A stretch of DNA of 51,807 nucleotides from Klebsormidium nitens. Lineage: Eukaryota; Plantae; Klebsormidiophyceae. A program made the translations under genes and the position numbers. Shown here in pieces: positions 24,201 through 39,200 of the stretch (position 1 is the stretch's first letter; every line of letters begins with the position of its first letter). The notes under the pieces are model-generated. The model ran no database searches. It was not told the origin of the DNA and saw nothing but the letters and a program-made list of their open reading frames with translations. The stretch covers positions 1 through 51,807 of the forward strand of contig DF237559.1 in the NCBI GenBank assembly GCA_000708835.1, given 5' to 3'.

Positions 24201-27200
24201 GGGCTTACTGGTGGACTTGTTCGTAATCTGGTTATCACAAGTGAGTGTGATCACAAGAGAAGTGATGGGTTAGAGCTTGAAAGTTGATTGCTTCTTTCAT
24301 TTTGCGATTTCACATCCTAAGCCTTCTCGCTCTTCACTGCCAACCAGCCGTTTGTACATTCTCCACTCACTCGTAAGCCCTTCAGAATCAGCGGCTCTGA
24401 GTCCCAAAGTTCCAGGCTTGGGTGTGACAGGTGCATCCGAAGCTTGGGATGTCTATCTTCGACTGTCAGTCGATTGGCAGTGGAGTTTAGGCGCTTGATC
24501 CGTAGTCTCAAAGTCGAAGTTTGACAGCCAAGATCCCTTGCTAAGGCTCGATTGAGTCGGTTCCCATTTCCGAAAGGGCCGTGTAAGTCGAAGGCAGTGC
24601 TCATCGTTTGCTGACAGACCCGTCCGTTGAACATCGTTGTGTTTAGCGGATTGAAAAGGCTGGATGTTTCGTACGTGAAAACGCGATAATCCGAAGCAAA
24701 CGTCTACCTCTCGTGTCTGCAGTTCTCGAGCTCGTTCATCGACTTGTGGAGCACGGCGTTCAGTCGCGCTGGGCAGCAGCCGTGGTTAGACAGTGCGTAG
24801 AGGAGATTTTGCAACAGGTCAAAGGCCGAAGGTTCTTGTCACAGCTGTCGCTTTGGCAGGTAAGACCAGTTTCTAGGTTACGGGGTTCTAGGGTTTAGAA
24901 CACGGCTCCTGGTAACAATGGGCGTCAGGCACAGCGTTGAGTATTTTTTACCGCATGTGCGAAGGTTTTATCCCCGGCTGCTTCCTGCGGGTCTTCTCTG
25001 CAGCATCTGTTTCTGGCCGCCTTCTACATTACCGTTTGACAGAGGGGCTGAGACGATGCACTCACCTCTTTGAAGAGAGGATTTCTTTTGCAACTCACTT
25101 TCGTGGTGGAACGAACACCGTCGTTGTAGTCAGCTAGCGATGGTGTTGGTTGGTTCTTAAAGACGAAACCGTAATCTCACCGCTTCAGGAACTTTGCTCA
25201 ATGACGTGTCGTGTTCTTGAAGCCTACGTAAGGTAGAAGTGTGTCGGAGGCACAGACTTCACCGTTGGGGAAGTCAGGTCGGAGTATCAAAACTACTTGC
25301 AATGCACCATTCTGGCAGATTCCTGCCTGCATGCACCCCTTCCGTGTTTCTCTAATCGTATTCCGCTGACGACGAACCTCGAAGTGGTCTTTGGCCTGCC
25401 GTTCCACTTGGTCGACCGATTGTCGTTGTGACTTGAAAGTTGAAAGTTGAAAGTTGAGGGCTGAAAGTCGTCTCCTCCTGAAAGGCAGAATCATCCGCAC
25501 TACAGGTAGTGGGCCGGTCGCTGGATGTCGCCGCGGCATCTTTAGCGTCCTACACCTTCGCTAACGGACAAAGCCTACCCCTCCAAACCGTTACCACTTC
25601 GGCGTTCCTCCACTCCGCAAACCCCGAGTCCCGAAACATGTTGCTAAGCGTTCTAGCTGTTGGAGCGACCGGTCTAGAAGCCATTGAGTTCTCGGCGACG
25701 TCCACAGTGGGAGAACTAGAGGCAGCGCAAGATGCGGTCGCCGGGGCACTGCGGCTCTTCACGAGCTTGCTAGAGCACAGCGCGGGGGAGGCCGGTGTGA
25801 ATGCGCTCGAGGCCCTGGTGTTCAAAGACGGGAACGAGAGCGTTCTAGGAGCGCTTGCCACCTTTCTGAGATACACCAGCAGTGAGAGTTTGCAGGCCGT
25901 CGCAGCAGACTCTCTGCGAGCTCTCATAATGCGTGCGGCGCAGACGGGCAGCACAGGAGGGGAACTGGCAACTGGGATAGTCCGAGCACTCCGCCAGGCG
26001 GAAGCCAAGCGGGTCCAAGTTGCAATAGGGGAGGCGCTGGAGTCGGTCGGGGTTTCGTCCCGGGCATCCAATGGGGTAGCCGATCTTCTCAGCGCGGCCG
26101 GCGTGTGGCAACCGAGCCTAGTGGCATGGGCGTTCATTCCGGCCAACGGAAGGCGGACAGAAGACAAGGGGCCGGAAACGGAAATGCGTACAACGGGGGA
26201 GAAGAGCAAGGCGATGCAAGCTCTTGCGCGATTAGTTACGGAACTGCCGGAGCTGGCAAAGAGGTAAGAGAGACACTGGGGCTTTCTGCTGCATGCCACG
26301 TTTCCTCAAGAGTCAGTCTCTCAGATCTCATGTTTCTTTACTTTTGCAACGAAGAGGAGAAACCAGGCGTGTTTCCACTGATATCCCATTTTTGCTGCAA
26401 CTCAAGCTGGGTCTCTTAGTGTTGCGGAGATGCCATTAAGAGGCAATCGGCATCATCTGGTTATCCTTTCTATTTGGGATCCCCGACTGACCGATTTGTG
26501 CCTGGTCCCGCCGAAAAGGAAGGTCCAGGCTCGAGTAACCGTTTCATATCCTCTTCTCTATAATCAGTTCTTAAACAAATCCAGAAACCCTTGAAAGTTT
26601 GGAGTCGGTGCCTATCTCCCATTGCCCTGCAAATAGTCGTGCCCTGTCGTCGGCTCTAGCGCTGATTGTTTGAGAAAAAGATAGCATTCCAGACAAAATT
26701 ACTTTTTGTGTCCCTTACTGAACCCGGTTCTGCCTTGCAGTGCCCCAACGGTCTCGCGCCGGGTTCTGGCAATGCTTTTAGCACTCTTCCAGTCGTGCGG
26801 TCCTGACGCTGCCGAATCCGGCCTGGGACTCGGAGCGCAACTATGGGCGATCTTAGCTCAAGTTTTGGGAGCGACCACTGAGCAGCTTCGGACAAGCAGT
26901 GACGCCGAAACGGAAGACGTGGCGGGCAATCACCGGGTCGTTGTTTCTTTGGTGCTTTCGCTTATGTCGGAACAAATGTGGGCGGTTGCAAGAAACCGGG
27001 GAAGACGGGCAGTGGATAGAGCGGAAGGAAAACTAGAGGGGGCGAGAAATGGGGCGGTGGAAATAGTGTCTGACTGGGAGGGGAAAGTTGGGGAGCGGCC
27101 AAGTGAGACGGCGGAGCGGCTGTGTCAAAGTGTGACTCAGGATGACGGACTACGGAACGCTGTGGTAAGTTTGACATGACTTTGAGTGAAGAATATTCGT

Positions 27201-30200
27201 CGAAGACGAGCAGTATTAAAGGAACAGGGCAGCGCATTCTTCGTCTATCTGAGACGGTTTTGCTTCGAAGTATCTTGCCTTTTTGGACTCCCCGCCCAGG
27301 TTTTGATGGTTCGCTTAAGAACGAACAGGCTTTTGGCCTGTTCTCTGCAAGTGTTCGTTGCGACTCCAAGATTAGAGAGCGGCTTTCAGGGTTTTAATCA
27401 GTTCTGCTCGGTCGAGAGGTATCTGCCGAGAGGCCGTCTTCTAGCGACTTCTTCGAGACTGGTCCTCCTTCCTTTCGACCGCTTTTGTAACCAGGACGAA
27501 CCGTAGCGTTGCCTGAAAGTCGCCTGTAAATGTCAATCAAGTATGGTGCTCTTCGCAATAGTCTCTTGCAGACTTTCACCTTGATATGAATGCCTCGTAC
27601 GCGCTTCATCATTTCACAAGAAGAAGATGCCCCCATTTCCATGAAAGTCACGCTACTCAGAGCGCGTTTCGCATGAGTTAACTTTGTCTCTCCTCCCAGA
27701 TCCTCTGCCGTGTAGCTGTGCTGGGCATGCTGACGTCACCCCCCCCTCGTGCTGACGCCACGATCGGGGAAGCCCTGGAAAGGGCGCGGCAGGCTTTCGA
27801 GAGCCACCCGGCTTTCAACAGATTGGCACGGGACCCGGTTTACAGCTCCACGGAGTAAGACTTGCTTATCTGAACGCGAGCCTCTAAAACGTCCGAGAGT
27901 CGCTTGTTTTCGATTGTTTTGTTGTAGAAGGTTCATTAGCTCAGCCCATAGGTTTTGTACGCTTTTGTATGCTTGTTAAGATGACCCCTTCCCGGAGCCT
28001 TTTGGGCTTGGTGGACTCGCTGTGTTTTCAAGGAACATCCGCTTAAGCAGCCAGGCTGCCCTCTGGTGTTGTGCGCGAGTCCGAGCCGGTTGTTAAGCCG
28101 AGATCAGTCTACTTCTCGTCTGAACGTCCTGACGGTGTTCGAGTCCAGATAATGACGGCTCTTGCAATCAAGGCGCAGCCAAGCCCTTTCTGTGGCCAAT
28201 CTCAAAAGACATGTATTCGACCACTCATGAAACCGCATTTCGCTACTCACCGATTGCCTTCTCCTTGCAGTACACTCGGTCCTGTAATCTCCTCGATTTC
28301 GCGCCCACTGCAGGGGCTTTTTCTGACATTCATGAGTTCTAACATGGGCTCAAATTTGAACGGCCTTCTTTCTTACCTCCCAAGATCGACTTCGCTGCCG
28401 CCAACCTAGGTGGCATACCCGAAGATGATAAGCTGGTGCTTCTGTTGTCCTCGCCTTGCTTTTCTCTTGTAGTCTCCCGGTGTCCTTATCCCCACCAAAG
28501 TCTCCCGTCTACCCAACTGGCGCCTTTGGCTGCCACAAGCTTTTCTCACTCACCATAGTGTATTGCCTTCCGTTTTGTACCTCCCCCCCCGGTGCCCTTG
28601 ATCTCACTGACTTCCGAGGAGCGTCCCTTACAATGATAAGCTATTCCTTTTACCAATCTTGTATACGGTATAACTCACCTGTGCAGTCCCCCCGGTGCCC
28701 TTATTTACACTGACCTTGCCGCCCCCTCGAGTGGCGTTTTTTCAACCGCATGAGCAACAACCTTTGCCGGTTGCCAATCCTGTTTGCATGCAGCCCCCTG
28801 CGATTTTTGGTTCTCACTGATTCTCGCCGCCCGCCTTAGGGGCGCCCTTTGACCATTATCATGCAGCTATCGTGTTTGCAACCTCGTGATGCCTCCCTTT
28901 TGCAGCCCTCCCCGGCGCTTCCATCTTTACACCTGCGCAGCATGCCTGTTGATGAATAGGTGACTTGATATTCAACCGCGTATCGCCTTCCTCTTGCAGC
29001 CCCCCTGATGCCCTTATTCTTACCGACCTCGCCGCCCACCTCAGCGGCGCCCTTTCACACCGCCCCATCCCCACCGGCCCCTTCCTAGAACTCGCCGCGT
29101 ACATCGAAGAACTCCAACTCGAGTCCCTGCTCATGCGGCCCTCCCGGGGATCCCCCTCGTCGCTGACGTCATCCGACGAGACGATGACGTCATCCGCCGA
29201 GATACTGACGTCATCGGGGTTCCTGGGGCCGTTCGATGTGGCGGGCGCGGCGCGGGCGGTGGGACCAGAGGCGGGGGAGGCTGTTCGAGAGGCGTTAGAA
29301 GCAGTCGAGCGGTGGAACGGGGCGGAGATTGGGGCGAGGGCGCAGTCACAGCTGGGACGGGCGTTTGCGCTGGCGGTCGGAATGGCTGCAGTTACCAAGG
29401 TGAGGCTTGCTTTCAAAGAAGAAGATTAGCGTCAACCAAGTTTGGTTTGTGGTTGACTAAGTGCCCTTCCACCCAAGAGAACGTGGGTTCCTGTCTGCTT
29501 TGATGCTTGTAACCAGTCGTGGTAAAAGCAGAACATCCTGTTGGTGGCCGTATGCCCCATTCATTTCTGCTTGAATGTGGTCCGTTGTGCAGTCCTCCGA
29601 ACTCTGATTTGACGAGATTGATGTGATTCTTTGGGCTTGATGGCAAGTATTGCTGGAGTGCTTGGTGGCAGTGATTTCACCCGTTACATTGCGTTTGGGC
29701 ATACTTGAGCAGATGGTGTCAAGGGGCAGTGTTTTCTTACGGCTTGACCGCACGGACCCGCTTTGAGGAAGTCTGCTGTTTCCTGACTGGCGTGCTGTGA
29801 ACGTTTTTTTGATGCGTGCCTTCCATTGTTGACTGACAAAGGCTGATTGGAGTGATGATCTGGATGTAGTAACAGCCCTCAGGTGACTGTTGGTTTCGTC
29901 ACCTTATCTGCATCAGGCCGTAACACGAGTGGCAATGAGATCCGCTTGAATGTTGGCTCAAGGGCCATTGAAGGTTCTGTAACCATGAGGTCTCGAGCCA
30001 TCGAGAAAGGATTCGATGTTTGTGCATGTTCTTCGTCGTGGTGGCGGTAGAAAAACTCCGTACCTTGCGAGCGTGGATCCGGCTGTGCCGGCTACCAAGG
30101 TAAAAAAACGTCATGTAGGTCTTCATCTGGGTTGATGAGCGTCGAAACGTGATTTTGCCTTCCGCAAGGCGTAGCACTGGCAGCGGCCCAAGTAACGATA

Positions 30201-33200
30201 TCGTAGCTTCGTTCAACTTGCTCTCTCACAAATGACACTCCTGCGTTGGGTTGGACAATGTTACTCTCGGTCCTTTTGACGAGCATCATGTCCAGGTAGG
30301 AATGTATCACGAGCTAAGCGTTTTCTTGCAACGTGAGCGCATGTCCTTGTTTTCCCCGTTTGCTTCAAATCTTGGGTCGCACCTGTAGGATTCACTTTGT
30401 GCAAGCTCTTCCTTCGTATTCGCGTTCTAGTCTATCGCGTCCACTAAGGGAGAATATCGTGAGACAAGAAAGTTCGTGATATCGAGTGTACGGCAATGAC
30501 TGTAAAAAGCATGGCGCTGTTTTAATTTGCGCCAAGACCTTCTGCAAGACACATCCGAGCTGTGTGTCCACGTAAGCTTCCGGACTCGTTGCATCCCAGC
30601 AGTTGGCTTCGTGACCGTCAGTCACCTTGCGAGAGCCCGCTTAGCGCCCATGCTGACAATTTTCTCAATTAACATAGCTGCGCTTTTATATGGACAACAT
30701 CTGCATAGTTACACTTTGGGCTTTGGTATTGAGGGAGGGAGGGGGGGGAAGAGATACGCAAATAGGGTTCAATGACTAGTTGAACCGTTAGGAAGAACTT
30801 CGAAGCTTTTGGTATGCTTGGTCAAGCAGGGTTCGGGTGACAAGGAGACGGCAAAGAGGATACAGACTGGCTGGCATGTGCACTGCCAAGTTGGTTAGGC
30901 CTGACTCGGAGCCGCTTCATAGGACTCCGCGTTTGTAAACATGCCCTTTAAATCTTTACAAGCTTTGGACACGTCGGGAAGGGGAATTGGTAAGGAAGCA
31001 AATGGCCCCATCATTGCGCATCATTCCTTGGAGTCACTATCGTGTGGCACGATTCGAAAGTGACCTGGCGCATGTGTGGTGTAGGCCAAGACAAGCTTTT
31101 CCGTCTACCGCCAATTTAAATTGCTTTAGTCGGTTGTGCGTGGCTTTGTCTCACTTGATCCGTAAGAGTGTCAACGTGGGCTTTTTAGCACTTCTTCGCG
31201 CGCCCTCTATCACGGCAGCGCTGCAAAAAGGCCTCCACAACGGACTTTGCGGAAGGTTTTCATCTTCCGTTGCGCATGCACCTGCGTTTTCTACCTGACT
31301 TTTGGCGGCCGTTATAAATGGTTGTCTTCTTCTTGTTGAGTCCTGTGCTCAATGATGCCCCGAACCTGTCAAAAAAGTATTTTAAAAGTAAGGCAGCGAT
31401 GGCCCTGACTTTATGTAAGTTTCTCGGTGTTCAAGTGTCCGCAAGCTATCTCAACTTGGTCAGTGGAAATGCGCACTGTTTAAATTCCTTCCTAGCCATG
31501 TGAGCATTTTCCCCGTTGCTGGGTTCTCTTTTTCCTCCCCCAGAAGGTTTTTACTTCTCAGGGTGGCTATGACGACTTTCCGTTGGCACTGTGAACGGCC
31601 AAGGTCCGGATCTGTGGTAACTCGAGCCATCAGAACTTTACAGCCGTAAGTACGTGCCACCTGAAAATTCTCTCTGGTTCGTGGGGCCGTTTGACGAACT
31701 CTCTTATAAGGCTGCCTGAATTTCCATGAAGTTGCACTGTCGCCCGTTCCTCCTCCAAAGAATCAAAACTCTGCACGATCCTCGTTGCCCGGGCGTGTTT
31801 CAATTCCCGGGTCTAACATTTGAAGCTTCGTTTGAAGATTGGACCACATACAGCGCTGCAAGAACCTGAGGAGCTCCTTAATGTTGACCGTTATGGTACC
31901 CATCTGAGCCCCAAAAGCTTGACCTCGTCACAGTCACTGGTCAGTTTCGCGGTCATCTCGATTCGATTCTTCAAGGGATAAGTTGCTAGGGTAAGCGGGC
32001 TGCGCTTATAGGGTCAGGCGACAGTCAAATCTGCAAACAGCATCTCCTTCCTTGGCCCAAACTTTGGTAGTGTTTTGGTCGACCATGAGAGGTGTGCTAA
32101 AGGAACGTCTTTTCAACTGACGAGTCTCCCACCGGATGTGGTGTCAGCAACTTATCGGACTCCTTGCATTGGCAGCGGAGAAGAGAGTTTTCTCCTGCAG
32201 GATCCGATGCCATCCTCGTTACACGCAAAACGTCATTTGCAAAGCTCAATGATTTCTAGGCTGACTCGTCTAGCGACTTTCGAGCGTTCCGTTCTATGTG
32301 TCTCCTTAAGTGCGCTTTCTCCATGGACAAGAACAATTCCATGTCAAGAGTCAGGTGGCAAGGACGAACAGGCCTCGGAATTGGCGCTTTTGAACGAGCC
32401 TGTGGCCCTAAGGAGCCAACTCCAAGCTGATGAAAGGTTTTGTTGGCACGTAACCCGGAAGCGGGGTCAAGAATTCACGCTGAAGAAATGCTCGGGTGCA
32501 AGGTAGTTTGGAAACGGGTCAGAACTGCGGAAAGGCATAAGCTGGCTGTCCGTACGGTTGAGCCTAATCTGCCACGTTTGTTTCTTCCTAAGCTCTTTGA
32601 TCGAACGGCCAGGACAGCATCTAGTGTGGCGCTCCTTACCACCAGTCGTGTGCGAGTCTTCTGAGCCGCTGATGGAGTTTGAAAGATCGGTTTGCTGCAC
32701 GCTGATTCTTTGGCAGTCATCCGCCGTTTTGTTAGAACCTCTGTGAGAACGTTGAGAGCACACACGCCCGTATTTGCCCAAGTCCAAGCGCAGACCAGTT
32801 TGCAAGTCGTGGATCAGCGGTTTTTGAGAGAGGTGTTGTCTTGATCTTGGGGACTTGGAAAAGTCAAGTCTGGAAAAGGATTCTACCTCTCGACCACGTC
32901 ATGATCATGGGCGTCACTTTCGTGCACTGTACATTCATTGGGTCGTAAGACACACGTGGCAATGAATCTCCGTCAAATGTCGGCTTTAAGGGCCATTGAA
33001 ATTGTCGGTGGGAGTTGTCGAGCCATAGAAGGGAAGCGGTGTTCTTGCTTCTTCTTTACGCTTATAAGAGAGCGAAAGGTGTTATGCCTTTGAAGTGTCC
33101 GGTATACGGAGCTGAAAAATTATAAACTATGCATCCACATCTTGGGCAGTCTCTTCGGGCTTTAGTAACCGTAGGCAGACGGGAAAAGGCCAATGGTTCC

Positions 33201-36200
33201 ATCGCTTTGGTTGTATTTGCCAGATTCTCAGGCAGTGTTCCTCGGTCTTCTAGCGCCAGTTGGCGTGCCAAGAAATGAATTTCCCATTTGGCCTTGCACA
33301 GCTTTTTTGATAGGTGCTCCCTTTTGGGGCATCACATCAATGCAGTCCCCAAAGCTAGGGTTTTCTTCAGAGCTCCGCCTCTCTATATTGCACCGTGAGC
33401 ACTTTTCCGTCTGTTCTTGGGTGCCTTTGGAGTTCCTACCCTCGCAAGATTCCCTTTTCGAGTGGGTTACCGCTTTTGGAAAGGTTGTCCACTTAAAGAG
33501 AGTATTGTCGAGTTTGATTGCGAGGCAATGAGTGGAAGAAGCATGGCACTATTTCATTATGCGCCACAAGCTGCTCAAATATTTGTCCGTTCCGAGCTGC
33601 CTGTCCAAGAACATTCTGAAACTTGTGCAACTCATCTGTTGGGGTTGTGCCGGCCCGTCAGTCACCGCACAAGAGCTCTTTTGGCGCCACGATGATATGA
33701 CCATCATCCAGCGGCGGGTTCTAGTCTGAAAGTCGCCCCATAGTTTCCTGCGTCAGATCCTTGTGGTGTGTGTCTTGCACAAGGTACAGGGTGCGCTTGG
33801 CTTGTTGACCTTTTTGGAATGCTTCAAAGCCTTCAGTATACGGTCAGAACTGGTTCGGTTGCGGAGAAGGCGGCAAGGAGGATGCAACCTGGCTTGAGTA
33901 GTGCCAGCACCGCTTCACACCGAGTCCCTAAGCCGTTTTGAAGGGTTCATCGAACTTTTGCTCACCTTGCTCCTGAATGTTTTCGCAGTATTCAGTTCTC
34001 TGAATGAACACAGTTTCGGTTGCTGAACGGGCGGCAAAGAGGATGCAAAGCTGGCTTCCTAAAGCCAACGGTCTCTTCGATACCCGAGCCGTTCTACAGA
34101 TGATAGAAGTCTTTTGGAATATGTCCCTTTCCAACGGGATGGCTTTACCATCTTGCAAAGGTGATGGAATTAACTCAACTTCATATTCAAAGGGAATGAA
34201 CAGTTTCCTAGTCTGGGACCACTGTCCTCGCCTTCGAGCGCTTATCCCCATCTTTTCTGAATGCTTCTGGTGCATGGGGGTGGCAAACGATGGCTTCTTA
34301 TTGGTCGCGAAAGACACCAGCAGCTCGTCAAGTGGTCTGAGCCAAACGTTCGTTTACCGTAGCCACTTGCTTTATGGTACTCCGCCTCTCTAGTTTCTAT
34401 GGGCGGTTGACAAGATCCTGCTGGAGTTGCCTCGTACTTTGGGCTTGTCGCAAAGCTTTCTTGTCGACAATTTGCCTTCTTATGCTGGCAAGCCTCCCAA
34501 TACGGCGCCAGTGAAACTTAGCTTCTGTGTCGAGTCTGCAGAAGTCGCCCTATTTGGTGTGACTCCTCTCTACCTCGTGTTGCTGAAATCTGACAGCGGT
34601 GCTTTAAAGCTGATGCGGTCCTTCTCTGGATGATGTCACGCCTGTGATTACTCTTGTGCCATATCGAGCCAAGTCCAACTGCCCTCGGGTGGCCGCTTCC
34701 TTGCAAAGTCACAAGTCTTTTTCTTGCGCACCCTTCCTCGACGCCGCCTCTTATATAGGCGTTGGGGAAAAACCACGGCCAGGCAAGATGGGTCAAGTAG
34801 CCATGAAGAGAGAAGCCTGGCGTTGCAGATCGCCGCGCCAAGTTTGGAACTTGTAAACAATCATAGCTGCCTCTTCTAGTTGTTCCTTTTAGATGCATCA
34901 TTTCAGCCGTCGTCCTTTGTATCCAGCAAATAGTTTGCTGGTGTGCTCTTGATGCGTGTGCTAAGATCTTTTCGTCATGTCGCTGGCTCCACTTGTTTTT
35001 ATAATAAGCTTCACGGAACGTACAGGTTCTTGTTGTCCCCTAGTTCTGTTCCCTCCACGTGTGCAGTCACGACTCGGCTGCAGGTCGGCCTACTCATTTC
35101 CTCCTGCACCCTTTGACTTTGCTTCATCGCAATATATCCGTCTTCAAAGGACGCGGCGAAGTAGATGCGCAGTGCCTGGCTCGAGTTATGCCAGCGAGTC
35201 CTACTTGAGCATGAATTTGAGCCGCTTCGATGCAACTCCTGTTTGTGACTTCGGCAGCTATAGGGATTGCCCTGGAGATTGTTGGTAACTGTTGTCACTG
35301 GCGATAGCAAGTTCTCCCTGTTTCACAAAAGCGGTTTGCTTCGACGGGTTTTTTCTGTCGCGTGGTACGTGTCAAGTGCTGCGTCTCGCGCACACCCTGA
35401 ATACGTTTGCCGGAGCGCGTAAAACGTGCGTTGTTCCGTAAATGCTATTACATGCTCGGATCCGATTTTCTGTGCATCCCTGCGAATCCACAGTCGCAAC
35501 AACAGGCGACGGGCGGTCCGTTCTTAACATTGGTCTGTTCGCACTTTTGAGAACCTCCGTTTTGTCCACTTTGGAAAGCGGCCTTGACACAAAGTTACTG
35601 GGGGCCAGATCATTTCAACGCGCACTTGGCGTCTGCGCCTTTCCCAGCGATTTTGCCAGGGGGCATCGACACGTTTCCTTACCCATTCCTGCTACGACAA
35701 TGCCTGGCGCGTTTCTCAGACATGAACATCCCTCTGACAAGAACGAATTGTCTTGAGCCCTTCCTTCGTGGTACATATCCGCGAGCGACGTTGACCTTAA
35801 AGAGCACGTCGGACTTGATATACCGTCCCGACTGACGAAATGTTGGATCCAACTTGGGCGGGTGAAATTGTCTAGCACCTTTGGCAAGCGCGCTCGACTT
35901 TCACCGTAAAAGCGAGCGATCGAAACTCGGTCGAGCCAACTTTTCTCCTTTTTCCGCAAGCCGCGCAGACCGGTCTTACGGCGGTTTTGAATTTCGACGT
36001 CACGCGGGCAAAACTGCCGGGCGATAAACCTTTGCCGTACGCAGCTGACGTCATGCGGATGCATCCGCCGACGCCCTCTTTAATAACATGAGTTCGAAAG
36101 GCAGGCAAACCTTACACTGGATAGAATCTTGGTAGCCTTTAGCCCGAACAGGCCTCTAGGCTCCCGTTCCTCTTCCGGGAAATTTCCAATCCGTAGGGTG

Positions 36201-39200
36201 GCCAAGACGGATTCTTTTGGCGCCGCAGGTGACCACTGGTAGTGAAAGCTACGCAATCTGAGCCATGCTGTGCCTTTTGAATCCAGCAAGTTGGTCGTCC
36301 TTTATGGTATTTCTAGGCGGTTGACAAAGTCACCAGATCTGGTCAACCTCCAAGACAATCTCAGAAGCATTCCTGAAAAGCCACTCCGCCCCTTTTTGGG
36401 GTGATGCGCCTCTACGTATTGTCTGCGTATAATGAAGTACAGTAGTGATTCCTTTGGCATCGAGACACAGTCAGGCGCAACGTGTCTGTAGTGCTTGCAT
36501 GCTTGAAGCTACTTCTTTCGAATGACTTTGTTCCCCGACAAGATCCTCATCGTCACGGTATCGTCCCATATTTGTTTCGCGGAGCAGCAGCGCTCCCCGC
36601 AGCTCCTATAGGAACACCCTGGTCTTCTGATTGAATATCCAAAACGAACTTTACGACCATTATTTCCTAAAATCCTAAAATCCTCGAAACATTGTCTCGT
36701 CCCTCGCTCACCTGCGTGGAGCTATTTGTCGACCGTTTCACCATGAACCCAGAACCACGCTAATCAAATTCTATATTCGCTCAAGATCCTATGGGCTTAA
36801 CGCCCGCAGCCATCATGGGGATCACAACGATGAAAAGAAACTTTGCGGTTGGTTTTGCAATCTTGGTGAACACGAAACCGAAGAGCACCAGTTACTTCGC
36901 TGTCCCGCTTTTCTCTCTGAGCGCTCTCTTCTTTGTGAGAACCTACAACGTCGTTCTTCTCCAGATTTCAACGCGGAATACCACGAGCTTTACAATGCAT
37001 CCCCTGCTTCGCAACTTTATGACCTTCTAGGTCGGACGGAGGATCACTGGGCCCTACAAGAAAAACATAGAGTCTTGAATCTAACCTAATTCGTTTGGAC
37101 ATGATCGTTGGTAGCGGGGCCGTCCTCCAACGCCCCACAGGTACTGCCAGAGTCTTCTTAGTGAACCGACCACGTTTTAGCTTGTTCAATTGCTTGACTT
37201 CTTTCAGTTCCAATATCCGTTCAAGTTTGCCTTCCAGGCTTTGTCTCGTTGCCGATCTGTTTGTGCGGAAATGGTTGACCAGCCAAGAAATCAGAATCAA
37301 TTGCAACATAGGAGTTTCGATATTCTTGATGGGGACTAGTGAAGCAGATTGACGGCAGGATCCCGGAATTTTCCTTCGAACACCACTCCTTCCATGAGAT
37401 CTCTACGCTTATCTAGCTTGCAGTCTCTCTCACAAAGTTCTTCGGGTCACAGTTGAAAAGCTCAAGAGCAGCGCCCGACAATCCAGCTTGTCGCACTATA
37501 CCTCTTGTTAGAAAGCAAGACGGTATTTGTGGAGGCAATGCGCAAACAGTCGTTCTGTGGTGAAAGTGCAGATTCTGTTGTTGGTTGCTTACGGTTTGGT
37601 CATGCGAAAAGACGTGCTTTGGCGAAGAGGACTCACTCTGTGGCAAATGTGTCACACGGCGTTTGATGTCTCTGAGCCTTATGAGTCCGGTTTATCTTTC
37701 ACCAGACTCTTAATATCAACCAAGATATCCCGGTGTAGCATCCGCACTTGAGAGACCGCAAGCGGGGAGAATGTGAATCCGGTTGTGTTTTTTGCAACCC
37801 AAGTTCGCAGCTAGATAGATCAATTCGCCCGAGTGGGTTGTCTGGGAGTCTAAGCTTCAGTTTCGCAAGGGCCGGACGAGTATCAGCACTTATATTTCAG
37901 TACGTGTCATCTGACACCGAGTATCTGGAACCGGTCTTGACAATTCAGCGCCCACCTTACGATTCTCAGAACTTTCTGCTTTGGTGTCAGTGCCATAACA
38001 ATTCGACACATGTAACGCCTGCTCGTTCCGACAATTGTGATTTAAGCGGTCACTGATTGGTGGCTCTGCAGAAGGATCACGACGATCCGGTGGCAATGAT
38101 TGATAGTACTGTGGTGCCACGTGCCATAGAAGAACTCGTGTTGGCAACCGAGCCCCGTTTCGCGTTATTGCTGCTCACAAGAACCAATTGGAGCAGCGCG
38201 CTCTCCGTCCGTCTATCCGTCGTGCCTACTATTTGTCAATCGACAGCTGTCCGTCCGCCTCTCGCTTCCGTTCATTGTCCGCTGATTTTCCGTCCGCCCG
38301 TCCACTCACTCTTCCGTCCGTCCGTTGTCCTCGCTTCCCACCCCACCCCCCCCTTTCTTTGCGGTTTGTCTCCTAAAGCTTCCTTCTGTGTGGTTTCCCG
38401 ACCTTCCGCTTTTCCCTCCTACTACTTTTCATTGTTCTTCTCCGCCTGTCTGCGGCTTGTCTGTGATGATCCGTCTCCACTTGTCTGCCCTTCCGCACCC
38501 CCTTTTGTGGTTTCTCCCTTCCGCTCCGTCGGTTCTACACGATTTCACGCGTTCGGTGCTGCTTGGTGCGTTTTCCGGCTGTCCTTGCTCCTCCGTTTGC
38601 CGATTCATTGCTTTCTCCCCGCCCTCCGTTCCTGGCAATTCTTGTGATTTGCGCCAGTCCCCTACGAACGAGTCTTCCTTTCCTGCTTATCGCCAGCTAT
38701 GGATGCCCTTTCGAGGGTTAAGAAGGAGCTCGAGAATGGCTTTTTAGTAGAAGGGCCATCAGCTCTTGTACCTGAATCACTCCGCAAGCATAAGTCAGGA
38801 AGAAACGACTGGTTGGACACACAAAAGGTCTCAGTGGATCTCTTAGCGGTACCACATATCTGCGATGGCCCGTGGCCATGATGACCCTGTTTCCGTGCAA
38901 AGAAAGAAGGAATGACTCGACCTATCGTCGAGCCACCTTGATCTGCTGGAGGCCTCCATTTTTTAGATTGCAAAGTTTGCTGTCCGCAATTTCTTGACGC
39001 CGAATGCAGCTGGCGGGTACTATGACGCTAGATACCCTTCCCTATAACCGATTCCCTCCTTGTTTCCGCCGTGCTCAGCCGAGGTTGGTGTTCTATGTCT
39101 TGTTGGAAATCAGCTCGTAAGCAGTGCTTGTGTTGCTGATGAGCTGCATCGAGATTCAGGGCTGATCCAGCTGGAATCAGTTGCTTCAGGCACCTTCCTG

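Noticed and set aside
25200-25400. Stretch reading MTCRVLEAYVR*...RIPLTTNLE, loosely like NUP188
   Set aside because: Contains an in-frame stop, and the exon at 25506 gives the better colinear match.
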